Position numbers and translations under genes: made by a program | Notes under the pieces: model-generated | What the model was told of the DNA's origin: nothing | Databases searched by the model: none | The model's input: the letters and a program-made list of their open reading frames with translations, nothing else | Assembly: GCA_050084985.1 (NCBI GenBank) | Contig: JBITNC010000001.1 | Coordinates: 178,560,001-178,624,000, forward strand | Reading direction: 5' to 3' | Source: Nageia nagi | Lineage: Eukaryota > Plantae > Pinophyta | DNA length: 64,000 nt | Part shown: positions 14,300-28,228 of the stretch, in pieces | Position numbering within the stretch: the stretch's first letter is position 1 | Layout: each line of letters begins with the position of its first letter

Positions 14300-16180
14300 T
14301 AATATTATGTACATCTCAAAAAAATATTCCTTCATCCTTCCTTCAAAAAATACTAATGATTCAAATTTATATTCACAAAAATCTCTTGAAGACATATTTT
14401 CACCACTATGTTCAACAACAATAGGAAATTCATCCAAATCAATAACTATCTTCTGATACCAAACCTTTATCTTACAGAAAATATCATCCCATGTAGAAGC
14501 ATATCATAGGTAATCTTTAATTCTATGAACTTAAAGTAGAGACTGATTTACTTCCCATAATCTCATATTGTTGTTTTTTAATTTCCCAAAAATACCTTCA
14601 AGTTTACCAAAATTTTCAACAATCTCATCATGTCTACCTTCAATATCATTAATAAAAATTTAAATTTTACTTAAGGTATTACATAATTTTGTTACTACTA
14701 AAAGATGGCTCATTCCATCCTCTTTGACTTCATCCCTAAAATCACATAGGGTTTTAACAATATCTTAACTAAATGAAATTTCAAGTGGAGTAGGGGAAGG
14801 TGATAAATATATCAATAGTCATCAAGGTGATATTTTCAAACCAATGTCAAATGAAATGTCCTAAGTAACATTAGCTTCAACATGAGTGGGATTATCCTAA
14901 ACTTCCTCAACATGCAAAAACATAACTAATGATGGGGGAATGTATGTTTCACCTTTAAATTGTAATACCTCCTATTTTAACTTTGTTATGGTATCTTCAC
15001 AATTAACATTAGAGAATCAATGCAAATCCATACTTAAACTCTTAATTTATAAACTAGTCAATGGATATTCCACATCTAACATATCACTATCTATTTTTTA
15101 AACTAGGAAAATAGGATTCTTAGTCTTTAACATAACCTAATCTATAACCTTTCCAATACAAACAATTTGTACACCCATCATTTTATTTAGTTTGGTGTAT
15201 TTAGGCTTAGGCTTTGGATTGTTATAATCAAATTCATCCTTATGTAGTGTTAACACCTCTTCTTCTTCTTCTTCAAGAAAAGAAGTATTCTCATATTGTT
15301 GTAAAGAGGTAAGGGAATTATTCTACATTACTTACTCCAATTCATCCTTTTTTTAATATTAGCTCTAGTTTGGATAAGAGATATTTTAGTGCATCAACTT
15401 GGGAAATGAAAAATTTAGTATTTGAATTCATATAATTTTTTAACTTTTTTGAAGCATAAAAATAACATAGAATAATTTTTCTATTGGCGTATATTTAGTT
15501 TCATACTCAAGTAATATCTTGTAAATGAGGTAAATTTATCTTTAGTTTCCATCCTCAATTTTTGGTGCAAACATTACACCTAATGTAGGTTAATTAGTAG
15601 AAATATATAAATATAAACGTTTTAAGTTTCATCACTAGTGTCATTATCAGATTCATCATTACTATCGTTTCATCACTAGGTTCTTGATCATCCTATATAA
15701 TCATATTGATATGGTTATCGTCACAAGAATCATCACCATTAGGATCATAATTATTGGAATCAATATGATCATTGAAAATGTCATTAAAATTAGCATTAAG
15801 AGCATCATCATAAAAAGCATTGGAATAATATTTAATACCAGTATTATTGTATTTAAAATTAGCAATTTTTTTCAACACATTGATAGTAACATCATTTTTA
15901 TCATGATAATGGGAATTCCAAAATGGTTTAAAGGAGATCAATATTTTTACAAAGTATGTAACATTATAGTTATCATAAATACCTTAAAATTGATCCTATC
16001 TTTAATCTATTTATAAATTAGATCCCTAGGAATGGGTATACAAGCCATGATAAATGAAAAATATATCTTTACTATGAACATATGACCTAGCTCACTTAAT
16101 TTTATGATGCTTATATCATTAATTTTGAGAAAATATCCTAAATTTATAAGGTTTTAGGAAAATTTTATTTTATCAAAAAT
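14300..16180 (-). mobile_element. Ogre/Tat-type Gypsy fragment: acidic linker plus RNase H remnant
   Basis: Minus strand 15610-15360 reads LYISTN*PTLGVMFA..EDGN*R*IYLIYKILLEYETKYTPIEKL..SQVDALKYLLSK (Tat-type RNase H). It is directly preceded by the D/N-rich ORF 15693..15941. Boundaries unclear. Confidence 0.55.
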
Positions 16181-16365
16181 GTTTCTATTGGATCAACATT
16201 GATTCCATCAGCTGAGATGTAAAGTCATAGCATAACCCCTTTAATCATCATCATGTAACATTTATCATGGCTAAGAGTGAGCTTGTACAATTTACACCTT
16301 TTAAGAACTTGTCTTAACATGTTGAGAGTTTGTTCAAAAGTATCTATATACCATGAAATAATCCA

Positions 16366-16367
16366 TA

Positions 16368-16459
<92 letters not shown>
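16366..16459. repeat. (TACA)n(TA)n compound microsatellite inside RT coding remnant
   Basis: Directly visible. It explains spurious ORFs 16277..16483 and 16334..16540. Confidence 0.97.
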
Positions 16460-16461
<2 letters not shown>

Positions 16462-17989
16462 TATGCAAATATGGCAACAATAGCATGTTCGAAGGTGGTA
16501 GGTGCATTATATAATCCAAAAGATAATACCTTATATGCATATGTTGCCCATGTACATGTAAAATTTATCTTATATTGACATTCATCTACAAATTTTATTT
16601 GATTGTAACCATCAAACCCATCTAAGAAGTATAAATACTTCTTCCTTACTAAGGTATCTAAAACATGGTCAACAAATGATAAGGGGAAGTGATCCTTCTT
16701 AGTGGCCTTATTAGTTCCCTATAATCCAAATAGATTCAAAATTTTCCATTATTTTTAGAAACCATCACTAAAGGAGACACCCATAAAATTTTAGAGATAG
16801 GATATATAAATTTATCATCTAATAGATTTTGAATCTCTTATTTAACTACCTCTTTCAAAATAGGATAAACTCTTCACTAGTGTTGTTTGATAGGTTCACA
16901 ATCATTTTTAATGATCCTATATAAGTAAATAGAGGGGTTAATATCCTTCATTTCATGATAATACCATGTGAATGCTAATTTGAAATTTTTCAAGAGGAAC
17001 TAGTAACTTTTCATCACACATTTCTTCTTTATGAATATGTTTAGTGCCAATGATCATAGCTAATGATCAACTACATTCTTCGGAACTAGAACTAGAACCA
17101 TCAACCAAGGCTTTTCTTATTTAATTGGATGTAGGTGGGAAAATTATAAGTATTTTAGTATGTATGCCATCATTTATGGTCATATTACCAATCATGTAAC
17201 TAATGTAATTATCAATAGTTTCCAACCATGAACATCCTAGAATTAATGGATGACCACCAAGAGGTATCCTAGTCTAAATGAATATATACATTTATTCTAA
17301 CTATAATGTTGTGGGGGGTCATGTATCCCAATATGATTCATGGCTTCCTTAGTCATGATACTAATTATTGTACCCATATCCATAAGATCATTATGTAGAC
17401 TACTTTATCCTATGTTTACTGTAAGAATAGGTACTCTAAGATCCATATATTTTTGCAAGACCAAGGTTAAATACATAAGATCATAGAGTTGTAATATTAG
17501 ATAAGTATTATTAGAATAATTTTATTTTATTATATTTATTTTAATGCATGATTCCTTAATGGCCTTGGCATAAATTATGACATCCTTTAATACTTAGAGG
17601 ATTGGGATTCTAACATTAATATTTCAAAGTTCAAATAATAAGTAAAATTTAGATGGAGATGGTTATTTCTATTGAATAAACAACCATTTACAAAAAGAAA
17701 CATCAATTTGGGTTGTTTTTTCTCTCTCCAAATAGATCAACTATTGGGGTAGGAATTTTAGTATCTTTTGCTAGTTCTTTTGATTCCTCAATAGGACTAT
17801 CAATTATATATATATAGTCTATTTTGTAGAAATAAGAGTCTTTGACTTATTCTTGTTAGGAGTATTTTATTCAATAAAAGTTTCATATTCTCCCTATATT
17901 AAGATAAGGATATAAAGATCAAGTAATATCTTACCTAATTGAAGGTGGATTTATTAGCATGATAAAATAATGGTAAAACATGTACCTTT

Positions 17990-18269
17990 TAAAGAGAATC
18001 ATAGAAAATAATTCACTCAAAAACATAGATTTTTCATAGCAACACAAAAAAAAAGAGAGATAAGCTCAAAGAATGAAATGATCTAATTCAATTCATCCAT
18101 GAAGGAAGAATTACATAAATAGGCAAGGTATAAAAAACCTAGGTTGGTGAATAACAAGAATTTGTTAGAACCCAAGCCAACTAGGAAAGAGGTAAAACAT
18201 AAATAAAACAAATAAAATATACCTAGTAAAATTAAGTAAATAAATACCTAAGTTAATAATACTCTAATA
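17990..18269 (-). repeat. Copia 3' LTR
   Basis: Aligns with 23871-24149 (e.g. cccaagccaactaggaaaga, taaatacctaag.taataatactctaata). Confidence 0.9.
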
Positions 18270-21200
18270 GCACCATTCAGTGATACTAGGAGGTAAAATA
18301 GATGTCTCAATCCATAAATATGAGTCCTAGAAACCAAGCCTAATTTGGTACTCATATACAATATCCATGAGAATTATTGAAAGATGATGAAAAATATACA
18401 TGAATGAAAAATATTTATCATGAAAGAAATAATAAAGAAGAAGAAGAAATATGTAGAGGAAGATGTCCTTAATCAACATCCCCTAATGGTAACTTTCATC
18501 ATCCCAAGAAAATCATGCAACTCAAGAAGTGTAGAGATGCAAAGGATTTCATGAAGATGTTGGTAATATGTTGCTAAGTTAGAAGATAATCCAAGATGAG
18601 AATTCCATATTGAATATGTCATCAAATGAAGTGCATGTGGATCTAAATATGCTTGATTCATTGATGCTCAATAGGATTGTAAGAAATACGAATGGTACTT
18701 TGGTTATTGCATCAAAGTACAATAGGTCAATCTTGGGAAAAACAAAACTCTACTAATAACTAATAAAGCCAAATAACCTTGTGAATAGATATAATTTCCA
18801 CCTTGTTCTCTATCTTTATAGATGATAATGCAATAGCCTACTAATTCTTGAATGAAAAAGAAGTAGGAGAAGAACTAAGACAAAAGATATAATCAAAAGT
18901 GAAATGCCTATCATATGAATCAGTATACCCCACCAACTCTATGGAGCCATGCCCATAGGAAAAATTAAAGTATGTGGTACCTCTCAAATATCAAAGGATA
19001 CACTTGGATGCCTACCAATGAATATCATGAGAAGTTTGAAAAAATCAAGAGATCAATCCTACTATGTAGGAGATGTCAAGATAAGTATGGGTAAGATATA
19101 AAATACTTCCCACAAAATGATGTTATAAACCAGCATTGCAAAGTGGTGATGTACAAGAAAAAGTCAATGTAATCCCATACTACAATGGAAAAAGAGATGG
19201 CTTGCAAATAGACATCTAAAAATGTTGAAGAAGATCTAATGTATACTTGTGTTGACATTAATAGATCCCTGTAGTAGTCTATGTGATATAAAAACTAATA
19301 AAGTAATGTACCAATCCCAAATCTATCACATCAAATCTCTCTAAAAGAGAATAGTGAATGGTATGAATATGAGAGGAGGGGCTCCCAATGAGAAGTAAAT
19401 AATCAACATAAAGAATAAGTATATTAATAACTTTTCCATATTAACAAATGTATATTGTATTATCTAAGTGAAACCTAATAAATCTAATAGAGAGAAGGAA
19501 AGAATCCATCTTCTCATACCAATCTTGAGGAGTTTATTTCATACCATAGAGAGATATTCATAGTCTATAAACAAGTGATGCATCATCAATAAAACCAATG
19601 GGATACTCCATGTGAATCTCCTCATGCAAATCTCCATGAAAAAAAGCACTCTTCACATCCATCTAAAAAATTTACCAACTCTAAGATGCAACAAGTGCCA
19701 AAATAAATCGAAGATAATTCATCATAGCGATATGGGAAAAAGTCTTAATATAATCAATACCTTCAACTTGTAAAGAACTCCTTAGCCACTAGATTAGATT
19801 TGTACATTTCTATGAACCCATTTGTTTCATATTTGGTTAAGTAAACCCACTTACAATGAACCAAATTTATTTCCTTAGCAAGAGGCACCAAATCCCAAGT
19901 TTGATTATTCATCAAAGAAGAATACTTAACAACCATAGAATCATTCCACTCTTATATCCCATGAGCATGTGAAAAAGACTATGGATCACTCAAACTTGAC
20001 TGATAAACAAGTCCAATACTAGTAGAAGGAGTACATTTAGAAGGTGGGAGATCCTAAATGAAAAGAGTTATCTCCTCAATAATAGTAAATGTCCATTTAG
20101 GCATAGTGGTAGTAAGTGTAAGAGGATCCTCAACAAGTGTTGTGGAATCCTCAACACCTATAACAAGAACCTAAATTAGAGAAGTAAGAGTAGTACTAGA
20201 ATCATCCTAAATCATATCAACCATGGGAGAGACATCACATGAAGAAGAAGAAGAATGATAAGAAGAAGATGAAGTATCATAAAGATGAAGGTGCTCACCA
20301 AAATAAACTTAAGTATGAAAAAAAATATCATGTGTATTAGGATCAATAAATTAATAAGCCTTCATATCCTCATAATAGCCAACAAAAATGAATGGATTAC
20401 TTTTCTTATCTAAAGCCTTTATTTTCTTGTTCAAAATATGTGCCTAAACATAACTCCCAAAAACTCAAAAAAGATGATACATTAGGTTTAATCCTAAACA
20501 AAGCCTCCTTTGGAGTAAGATGATCAAGAGCTCTATAAGGTATGCAATTTTGAATATAGTTTGCACAATTAGCTATCTCAACCCAAAATATAGGTGGTAA
20601 ATCTTAGGAATGCATCATATAATTAGCCATCTCCTTGAAATTATGATTCTTATTCTCAACCATACCATTCTATTGAGGTGTATAGAGGATAATATGTTGA
20701 TGTAAAATCCCATGTGCAATAAGAAAATCTAAAAATTTAGTGCTAAAGTACTCCCCCCATTATATGTATGAAGCTTTTTGATGCATGTGGAAGCTTGACT
20801 ATGAACTAAAGCTTTGAAAACTTTGAAATGAGAGAAAATATCACTTTTGTACTTGAGAAAATATACCCAATTATGTCTTGATAAATCATCTATTAATGTC
20901 AATGCATACTTAGCTCCCTTGAAATAAGGTGTGGGAAATACCATCAAATCACTATGAATCAACTCCAAGGGTGAAGATACTCTATGCGATTTACCTTTGG
21001 TAAAAGGACATTGATTTTGTTTACCAAGTACATAACCTAGAAAAATACCATCACTAGAGGAAATATAACGTAACCCAATAACCATTTTACTAGTGCTCAA
21101 CTCCTTAAAATACCTATAATTAAGATGACTAAATATCTCATGCTAAAGCTTTCTCTTAAAATATACATGAGTAATAAGGCATGAATCTAAATAAGTATCA

Positions 21201-23870
21201 AAACTATCAAAGAAATAAAATCATGCATCATGATCAATAATACCTTGAGAAATGAATGATTGTGAATAATTTAGAATCCTAATCTTTGCTCTATAAGGTG
21301 TGAACAAGATATTTTCCCTTATGCCTAAAGTGAATATCTTATAGATGGAAATAAGGTTTACTAAAATGTTAGGAACATAAAGAACATTGTAGATGAAACC
21401 ATAATCAACCATAATATATCCTTTTCCTTGAACATGAATGAAGGATGAATCTCCAACCTCAATGTTAGAAGTGGAACTAGGAGAGAGAGAAGAAAATTAC
21501 TCTTTTGAAGATGTTATATAATGGGTAGCTCCTAATCTAAAACCTAAGTGTAAGAGCAAGATGTAGAAGACTTTACTTGGATATTGAGGTCCTTACCATG
21601 TTATTTTGATGCATACATATTATGCTTTATCATGGATTATTTTAAATCTTGTAACTTTTTCCAATACCTACTAGCTAGATTACCATCATTTTTGGAATAG
21701 GTACAAGGGGTGTTAGATTTCTCCTTTTTCTTAGAAGGGCCCTTAGAATTATAATCATTTAAATTTGATTAAAGAGACATAGAAATGGGTTTAGATTTAT
21801 CTTTGGATTTACTTTCCCTTTTGAAGTGGATTCAACTAAATATTTTTAAGAAGAGGTAGAAGACTCAAGGGTGGAAAGTTTGATCTCTTCCCTAGTAAGT
21901 CTTTCACAAAACTCTTCTAAGCTAGGAAAAGTGAAATTATTTCTAAATTCATCCATAGTAGAAAGGAATGTAGATGAAAAATATAAAAAGGTTCCCCTAA
22001 ATTTGAAATAATGATATATACCTAATCTTTTTCTTCCTTGTTTTTACCTCTACCTTTTAATTATGTGAGAAGGTCCTTGAATTTGGTGAGGTAGTCAACA
22101 ATTATAGGGAAATCATCAAGTGAAATTTCTATGAGTTTTGCTTCAATTAGCATAGACCTTACATGATAAACCTTACCAAGTGAAACCAAAGGATTTAATT
22201 TATACTTATGCTAATTTGCCCTATTTCCTCATATAGTTTTTCTTTATGCACAAAAATATCATAATATTTAGTGAATTTAGATTGTCTTTCCTTAGGATGA
22301 TGAGTGAGTAATTTTTGAGAAATTAAGTTGAGAAATATTATTTTCCATGTGTGATAGTTATGTGGTGTTAATGGTTCAATTGTTGGTGAAGAAGAATTCA
22401 TCTTGATAAAATGAGGAATCAACCAACAAGCAGTGCAAAAATTGCACCAACACTAAGACCCCACCCAAAATTTATTACCAAATAAATTTCACCCCACAAA
22501 ACATTACTTTATAATTTCAAGCTACAAAAAAAATCTAAAAAAGCCTCAATCTTAGCTTTACAATACAAAAATTGGAAGCTTAATCCAAGTTCGTTTGCCC
22601 AAGTTACGAAATTAAATCCAATTGAACTAAAAACTAAAATTTTAAATTACTAATAAACTATAGAGAAAAATTAGTATTTATTTAATTAAAAAATCAAATA
22701 AATAAAAAATTTCAAACTATAGAAAAAGCCATCAAAATTAAAAATATTTAGGTTTTAGGAAAAAAACTAAAGAGGTGTGACCCATGAACTATAGAGATGA
22801 TGAAGGGGATGGCCATAAAATTAGTAAGAAATGATCACTACAAGCCATAAATATAAGCCACCCAAAATAAACCTATAAATCATATGATATTGTGATCTAT
22901 AGAGTCCAAAAGGGAGAGGGCATTATGCTAATGAGCCACAAATCTTTCTAGAAATGCCCATAAGCAACAAGATAGATGGTGCCTACAGGAGAATTACAGT
23001 GTGAGGAGATTAAGTTGAAGTGCAAGAATACAACACAATTGTATATGAATATCATATAACACCTAGTATATAAGATCTTAAAATAATAATAAATTTGTAA
23101 GTGATGTGAGGATTTAAGAGCATAAGATGAAATAACATTTCCTTAAACTCATCTAAGAAGGGTTGTGATAGGGACCATGAAAGGAATGCAATGATGATCA
23201 AAGAAACAATGAGCAATAAGTGAATAACCAAATTATATATAGAAACACAAATAGGGTAGCATGATTTGGACTTAATTACACATGTAAATATGGTGGCACA
23301 TAGAAATAAGGATCTCTAAAAATAAAATGTAGTGGAAAAAGCTATGAGCCATAACAAGAGTCACAAATTTGCTACCAAACACATCAAAAATTAAATCCAC
23401 CACAAAACCAAGTACAAGAGTGATGGATATGTATTAAACTCATAAGGTGGATACCATGAGTGATTACTAAGAGGTATGCAAAAGATATCAAACCATTGCA
23501 TGAGATCATAAAAACATAAAGGTGCTTTGATGATGGCATACATGATTTATGCATTAAGGGTAGATCATATAGAGAGATTTTAATCTTAAACAAAGAATGC
23601 CAAATTAGATGCTTCAAATAGACCAAACCCAAGCCACAATCTCAAATAGCATACATGGCCATGATGGCAAGTAAAATTCCAATCAATTATTAATAATGTG
23701 TAGAGGTCTTCTCACATAAAGAGGACCTATGATCCATCATAGAAGAGCCCAATGAAAAATAAAAAAGAGACTCAACAACAGCCTCAACAAAAAATATTGA
23801 ATAAAAAAATGAACCAAACCTAAGTACATTAGGTTTGGATGTTGGCAAAAATTTGTAGGATCTGATACCA

Positions 23871-24149
23871 TGATGAGAATCATAGAAAATGATTCACTCG
23901 AAAACAAAAATTTTGCATAACATCATAAAAAAAAGAGATAATATCAAAGAATAAATAGATCTAATTGAATTCATTCATAAAGGAAGCTTTACATAAATAA
24001 GTAAGGTATACAAGAAATATAGGTTGGTAAATAACAATATAGTTTTGGAACCCAAGCCAACTAGGAAAGAGAAAAAATATAAATAAAACAAATAAAATCC
24101 ACCTAGTAAAATTAAATAAATAAATACCTAAGCTAATAATACTCTAATA
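23871..24149 (-). repeat. Copia 5' LTR
   Basis: Aligns with 17990-18269; adjacent to the PBS. Confidence 0.9.
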
Positions 24150-24548
24150 TCTTCAACTTCATAGACCATTTATTGAGTAGGCTAATTATTGGTATGCAAG
24201 AAGAGGAGGCTTCCTACATTATTTATAGAGGGTGGTGCTAGTAGAAGATGTTATTATGGTTGTTGAGGACCTAAAGCTATAAACTAGGCTTGATTAGGTC
24301 CAAAATATTATTGAGGATATTATTAGTTCTACCAATTTTGTTGTGGCCATTGCTAATATTACCAATTAGGTTGAGGCCATGGAGACCAACTAGCTTGGGG
24401 TTGTGATCATATTGGATAATAAGGAGAATTAAAAGGATCATATGTATAGGTCATATATTATAGATAGAGTACTTGATTAAAGCCTTGATGTGATATCCTT
24501 TTTGCAATGAAGAATACATCATAAATTCCATGAAGTTTTGGCTCCTTT

Positions 24549-27500
24549 TGTAGACTCCTAAAAAATGAATTATTATTTATTAAATAATTCATCTTTTAGC
24601 ATCAAGAAATATTTATTTTAAAAGGAGTAAAATGTACCCAAGGCAATGTAATCAATTTAATGGACCATTATATGATGTAAAGAGTGTCAAATATCAAGAA
24701 ATACACAAAAAGAAATGTAATATGCAATGATCCCAAGAATTAAAGAGGATTAAAATGTTGCTATAAAAGAATATTAAAGGAAACACAATTAACATCAATG
24801 AGATTGATGGAGAGTTGGAGGGAAGAATTAGAATATCATTTCACCTAACCAATAAAGGTGTTTCATAATAGCACCTATCCTAGATTTATTATACCCTTTG
24901 TCTTGTATCACACATTTCAATTTTTTCTCATGGATCTACATATTTTATATTATTAACGATATTCGTTATGCATGGTATGTTATCTTGTTTGAAGTATTAT
25001 CTACAATACTTTTCATCTTGTTCCACATACTTCAATTTGTGTGCATGAATATACTTAATTTAGGTAGCCAATGAATTGTATTTCTTATAATCTAATGGAG
25101 TGGTAATTCAATTGCATTAGCTCATTGATGATCAGAAGGTAGGCATGTCACCACTCATTTTGCATGTACTCAAAAAAATCTATTCATTTATGAGGTTTGT
25201 ACATCAATTATAGATCATATATTTCTTGTATTAATTCAAACATATTATATTATATATCATATTAATAAATTATTTATTTAATTATTTTTTCATGATTTAC
25301 ATTTTGGTGAACTTGATTGCTTGTATTAATCTTTTCCTACTGATGAGATCTCACGAGATTTCTATGAAGCATTAACATTGTTAGTAGTGTGAAAAATGGA
25401 TCAAACTCTAGTGAAATTAGCCAAATTGATAATTGATCTCAAAAGTAGATAGATGCATTGCAAATTTAAAATAACATCCATAATTGTTCACCACCACCCA
25501 ATTAAGAGGTTCCCAAATTTGAGATGTTTAGTAGCCATCAACCAAAGTTTATTTTGAGATATTTGATTAAGAAGGGTTTATTGTAATCATTATATAGAAG
25601 AGCAAAAGATGATAGTGTTTCAATGGGAGATTATGATGCTTATTGTATTTATCATCAAAGAAGGGATCATTCTATAAATTTTTGTAAGTCTTTGGAGGTT
25701 ACAATTTTGGACCTCATTGCATAAGGGAAATATGAGATTCATCAGCATGCTTCATATCTAGATATTACAAAGATAGAAATGGGAATAAGCAGAATTGAGA
25801 AATTTTTAGATAAATAAGATGAGGAATCATGTAGTCAATGATGTGTAATACTACATAAATGTAGCTAATGACTTGAAAATAATAATGAAGATGATGGTTA
25901 TTGCTTTGCATCATCACTCTCATCATATCCAACTCCTTCTATAGAGGAAATAGTAATGGGTAATATCTTTTCATATCATTTTATGCAAGAATACATGATT
26001 GATAGTTGTAAGAGTATTTAAAAAGGTTTAGAAATATTGGATAAAGATATGTTCTCTTTTCCTATTTATGATGACATTGATGATGAATCATGCTATAATG
26101 ATGCTATTCCACTTGAGTTTGATTGCTTTAACTCATGTGAGGAAGATGATGAAGTAAATGAAATTTCAAGTTTGAAAGGATCACTACATGTATTACAAAA
26201 AGATGATGAATTAGTTTATTCAATTGATGAATTGGTTGAAGTTGAAGCTGCTCTTCTAATACCATAGGAAAAATGGTACACAAACAAGTTTATTAAGATT
26301 CATAGTAATTTTGCAAGGTCTTATATTGATATGCCTTATTTAGACCCTTATTTTTTCATGCATTATTTAGAATAGATAGTTCATATTAATAAGCATATTG
26401 GAGGGATAAGAGTTGATGTTTCATTATCAAATATTGATACGATTATGGATAATATTATCTTGTATCTCATGGATGGATATAGTTAGACTATAGCTCTAAT
26501 GGAGTTTGAAAAAAAGCATATCTTTATATATTAGACACATTATATGCCTTGGGGGTAATATTTTTTCAATAAGATGATGACAAAGGGCACTCAATTATAG
26601 ATTTGATAGTAGAAATCATTCAAAATGATGGTACAATAGTGCACAAACAATTTCCATATGCATATGATAAGGATCCATGTTGTCAACAACATGCATTACT
26701 ATCCACACACTATTAACAACCTATAAATAGTAAAAAACAAGAGAAAATGGCAAAAGAGAAAAAAATAGTATAATGTCTATGGACCATGGACATAAAAGTG
26801 CTAGGTCACTCATGGCCATTGATATGACTAGTGAGAGTTTACTCATTTAAAAGATAAATCAATGATGTAACTATAAGTAGATTGCTGATATTCACTCATC
26901 ATTAATGAATAATGTAACTCACTATGTATCTAAAATATTTTCTTGCAGGGTATATCTAACATTTTTTGTAGGTATCTAAATCAAAAGAAGAAGAAGAATT
27001 GAAGAAAACTTCATGTTGTTAATAGCATACCATATTGTTCATACACCATCAATGATATTCATATTAATAAACCTAGATCTAAGATTAAAGGATCTCTTTT
27101 GTATCAAGGCATGGATATAAAAGCATCAAATTCTTGAGTATTAGAAATGATGGAATGACCATATCCATTGTTGAACAATGTAAGGGTAAAAATGAACCTC
27201 TTCTATTTCAAAGATTATACATGGGACCATAAGACTCCCTAGTAGCATAGATGAAGGAGAAGAGTTCCTTCCATGTCAAAAATATTGCAAGAGAAAAAAG
27301 ATATAGTTCTTTTGGTTTTATCTTGGTTGCACTACTCAAGGATCTTTACTAGGGAAACCAAGTCAAAAGGGGGAAGCAAAGGACCTAGTAGTGCTATGTG
27401 AAGAGTTCAAGAATTTTCAATAAATTTCTTCTATACTTCTTCTTTAGATATGTAATTTCATTGCTTCAATAACAACTCCAAAGAGGGGGAAAATGTAGAT

Positions 27501-28228
27501 GTCTAAAAATGAATAATTATTTATTAAATAATTCATTTTATAGAATGAAGGAATATTTATTATAAAAAGGGGTAAACTATACCCAAGGTAATGTAATCAA
27601 TGTAATGGATATTATATGATGTAAATAGTATCAAATATCAAGAAAGACACCACAAGCAATGTAATATGCAATGATCCCAAGAATAAAAGAGGATCAAAAT
27701 GTTGCTATAAAAGAATATCAAAGGAACCATAATCGACATTGGTGAGATCAATGGAGATCCATAGGGAAGGATTAAAATATTATTTAACCTAGCTAACAAA
27801 GGTGTTTCATAATAACACCTATCCTAGATTTGCTATACCCTTCATCTTATCTTACGCATTTCAGGTTTTGGTCATGGATCTACATATTTTAGGTTATTAA
27901 TAATGTTCATTATGCATGGTATGTTATCATGTTTAAAGTCCAATATACATTACTTTTCATCTTCTTGTGCATGAATCTACTTAATTCACATAGCCACTAA
28001 TGTGTGTTTCTTATAATATTATGGAGTGGTAATTCAACTACCTATAGCTCATTAATGATTAGAAGGTAGGTGTGTGGCCACTTATTTTGTATGTACTTGA
28101 AAAGATCTATTCATTTATGAGATTTGTATATCAATTGTAGATCATATATGGCTTGTATTACTTAAAACATACTATATTATATATCATATTAATGAATTAT
28201 TTATTTAATTCATTATTTATGGTTTACA
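24549..28228 (+). mobile_element. Non-autonomous Ogre/Tat-derived LTR element (3.7 kb) with compressed gag-pol
   Basis: LTRs 24549-25301 and 27494-28228 (TG..CA); perfect TSD CCTTT at 24544-24548 and 28229-28233; PBS-like TGGTGAACTTGA; PPT AAAGAGGGGGAAAA. Internal segments are collinear with the element at 50309-58672. Confidence 0.93.
25396..26600 (+). pseudogene. Compressed gag/linker/RT mosaic ORF of the non-autonomous element
   Basis: One frame from 25443 to ~26600 (includes ORF 26037..26267): PKFEMFS..YCIYHQRRDHSINFC..PLEFDCF..FARSYIDMPYLDP..GGIRV..NIDTIMD..MDGYS..PWG. Stops only; one shift near 25441. Confidence 0.75.

Larger units (their letters stand above)
17990..24149 (-). mobile_element. 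Full-length degenerate Ty1/Copia retrotransposon
   Basis: LTRs at 17990-18269 and 23871-24149. PBS TGGTATCAGA (tRNA-iMet) at 23870-23861. Gag ORF 22195..22422, ORF 21221..21412, integrase 20729..21100 (PLELIHSDL), RT CKWVY..QVEGIDY..MDVKSAF..LYVDY. Flanks ccttt/tcttc are consistent with a CCTTC TSD. Confidence 0.93.

Noticed and set aside
15684-16016. 110-aa Ile-rich plus-strand ORF
   Set aside because: Antisense shadow of the GAT/AAT-rich minus-strand retroelement linker
16277-16540. ORFs 16277..16483 and 16334..16540 with IYIY runs
   Set aside because: Translation of a microsatellite lying within a dead RT
16350-19410. Both Gypsy and Copia RTs show YxDY in place of YxDD
   Set aside because: Two single substitutions in heavily decayed elements; coincidence is sufficient
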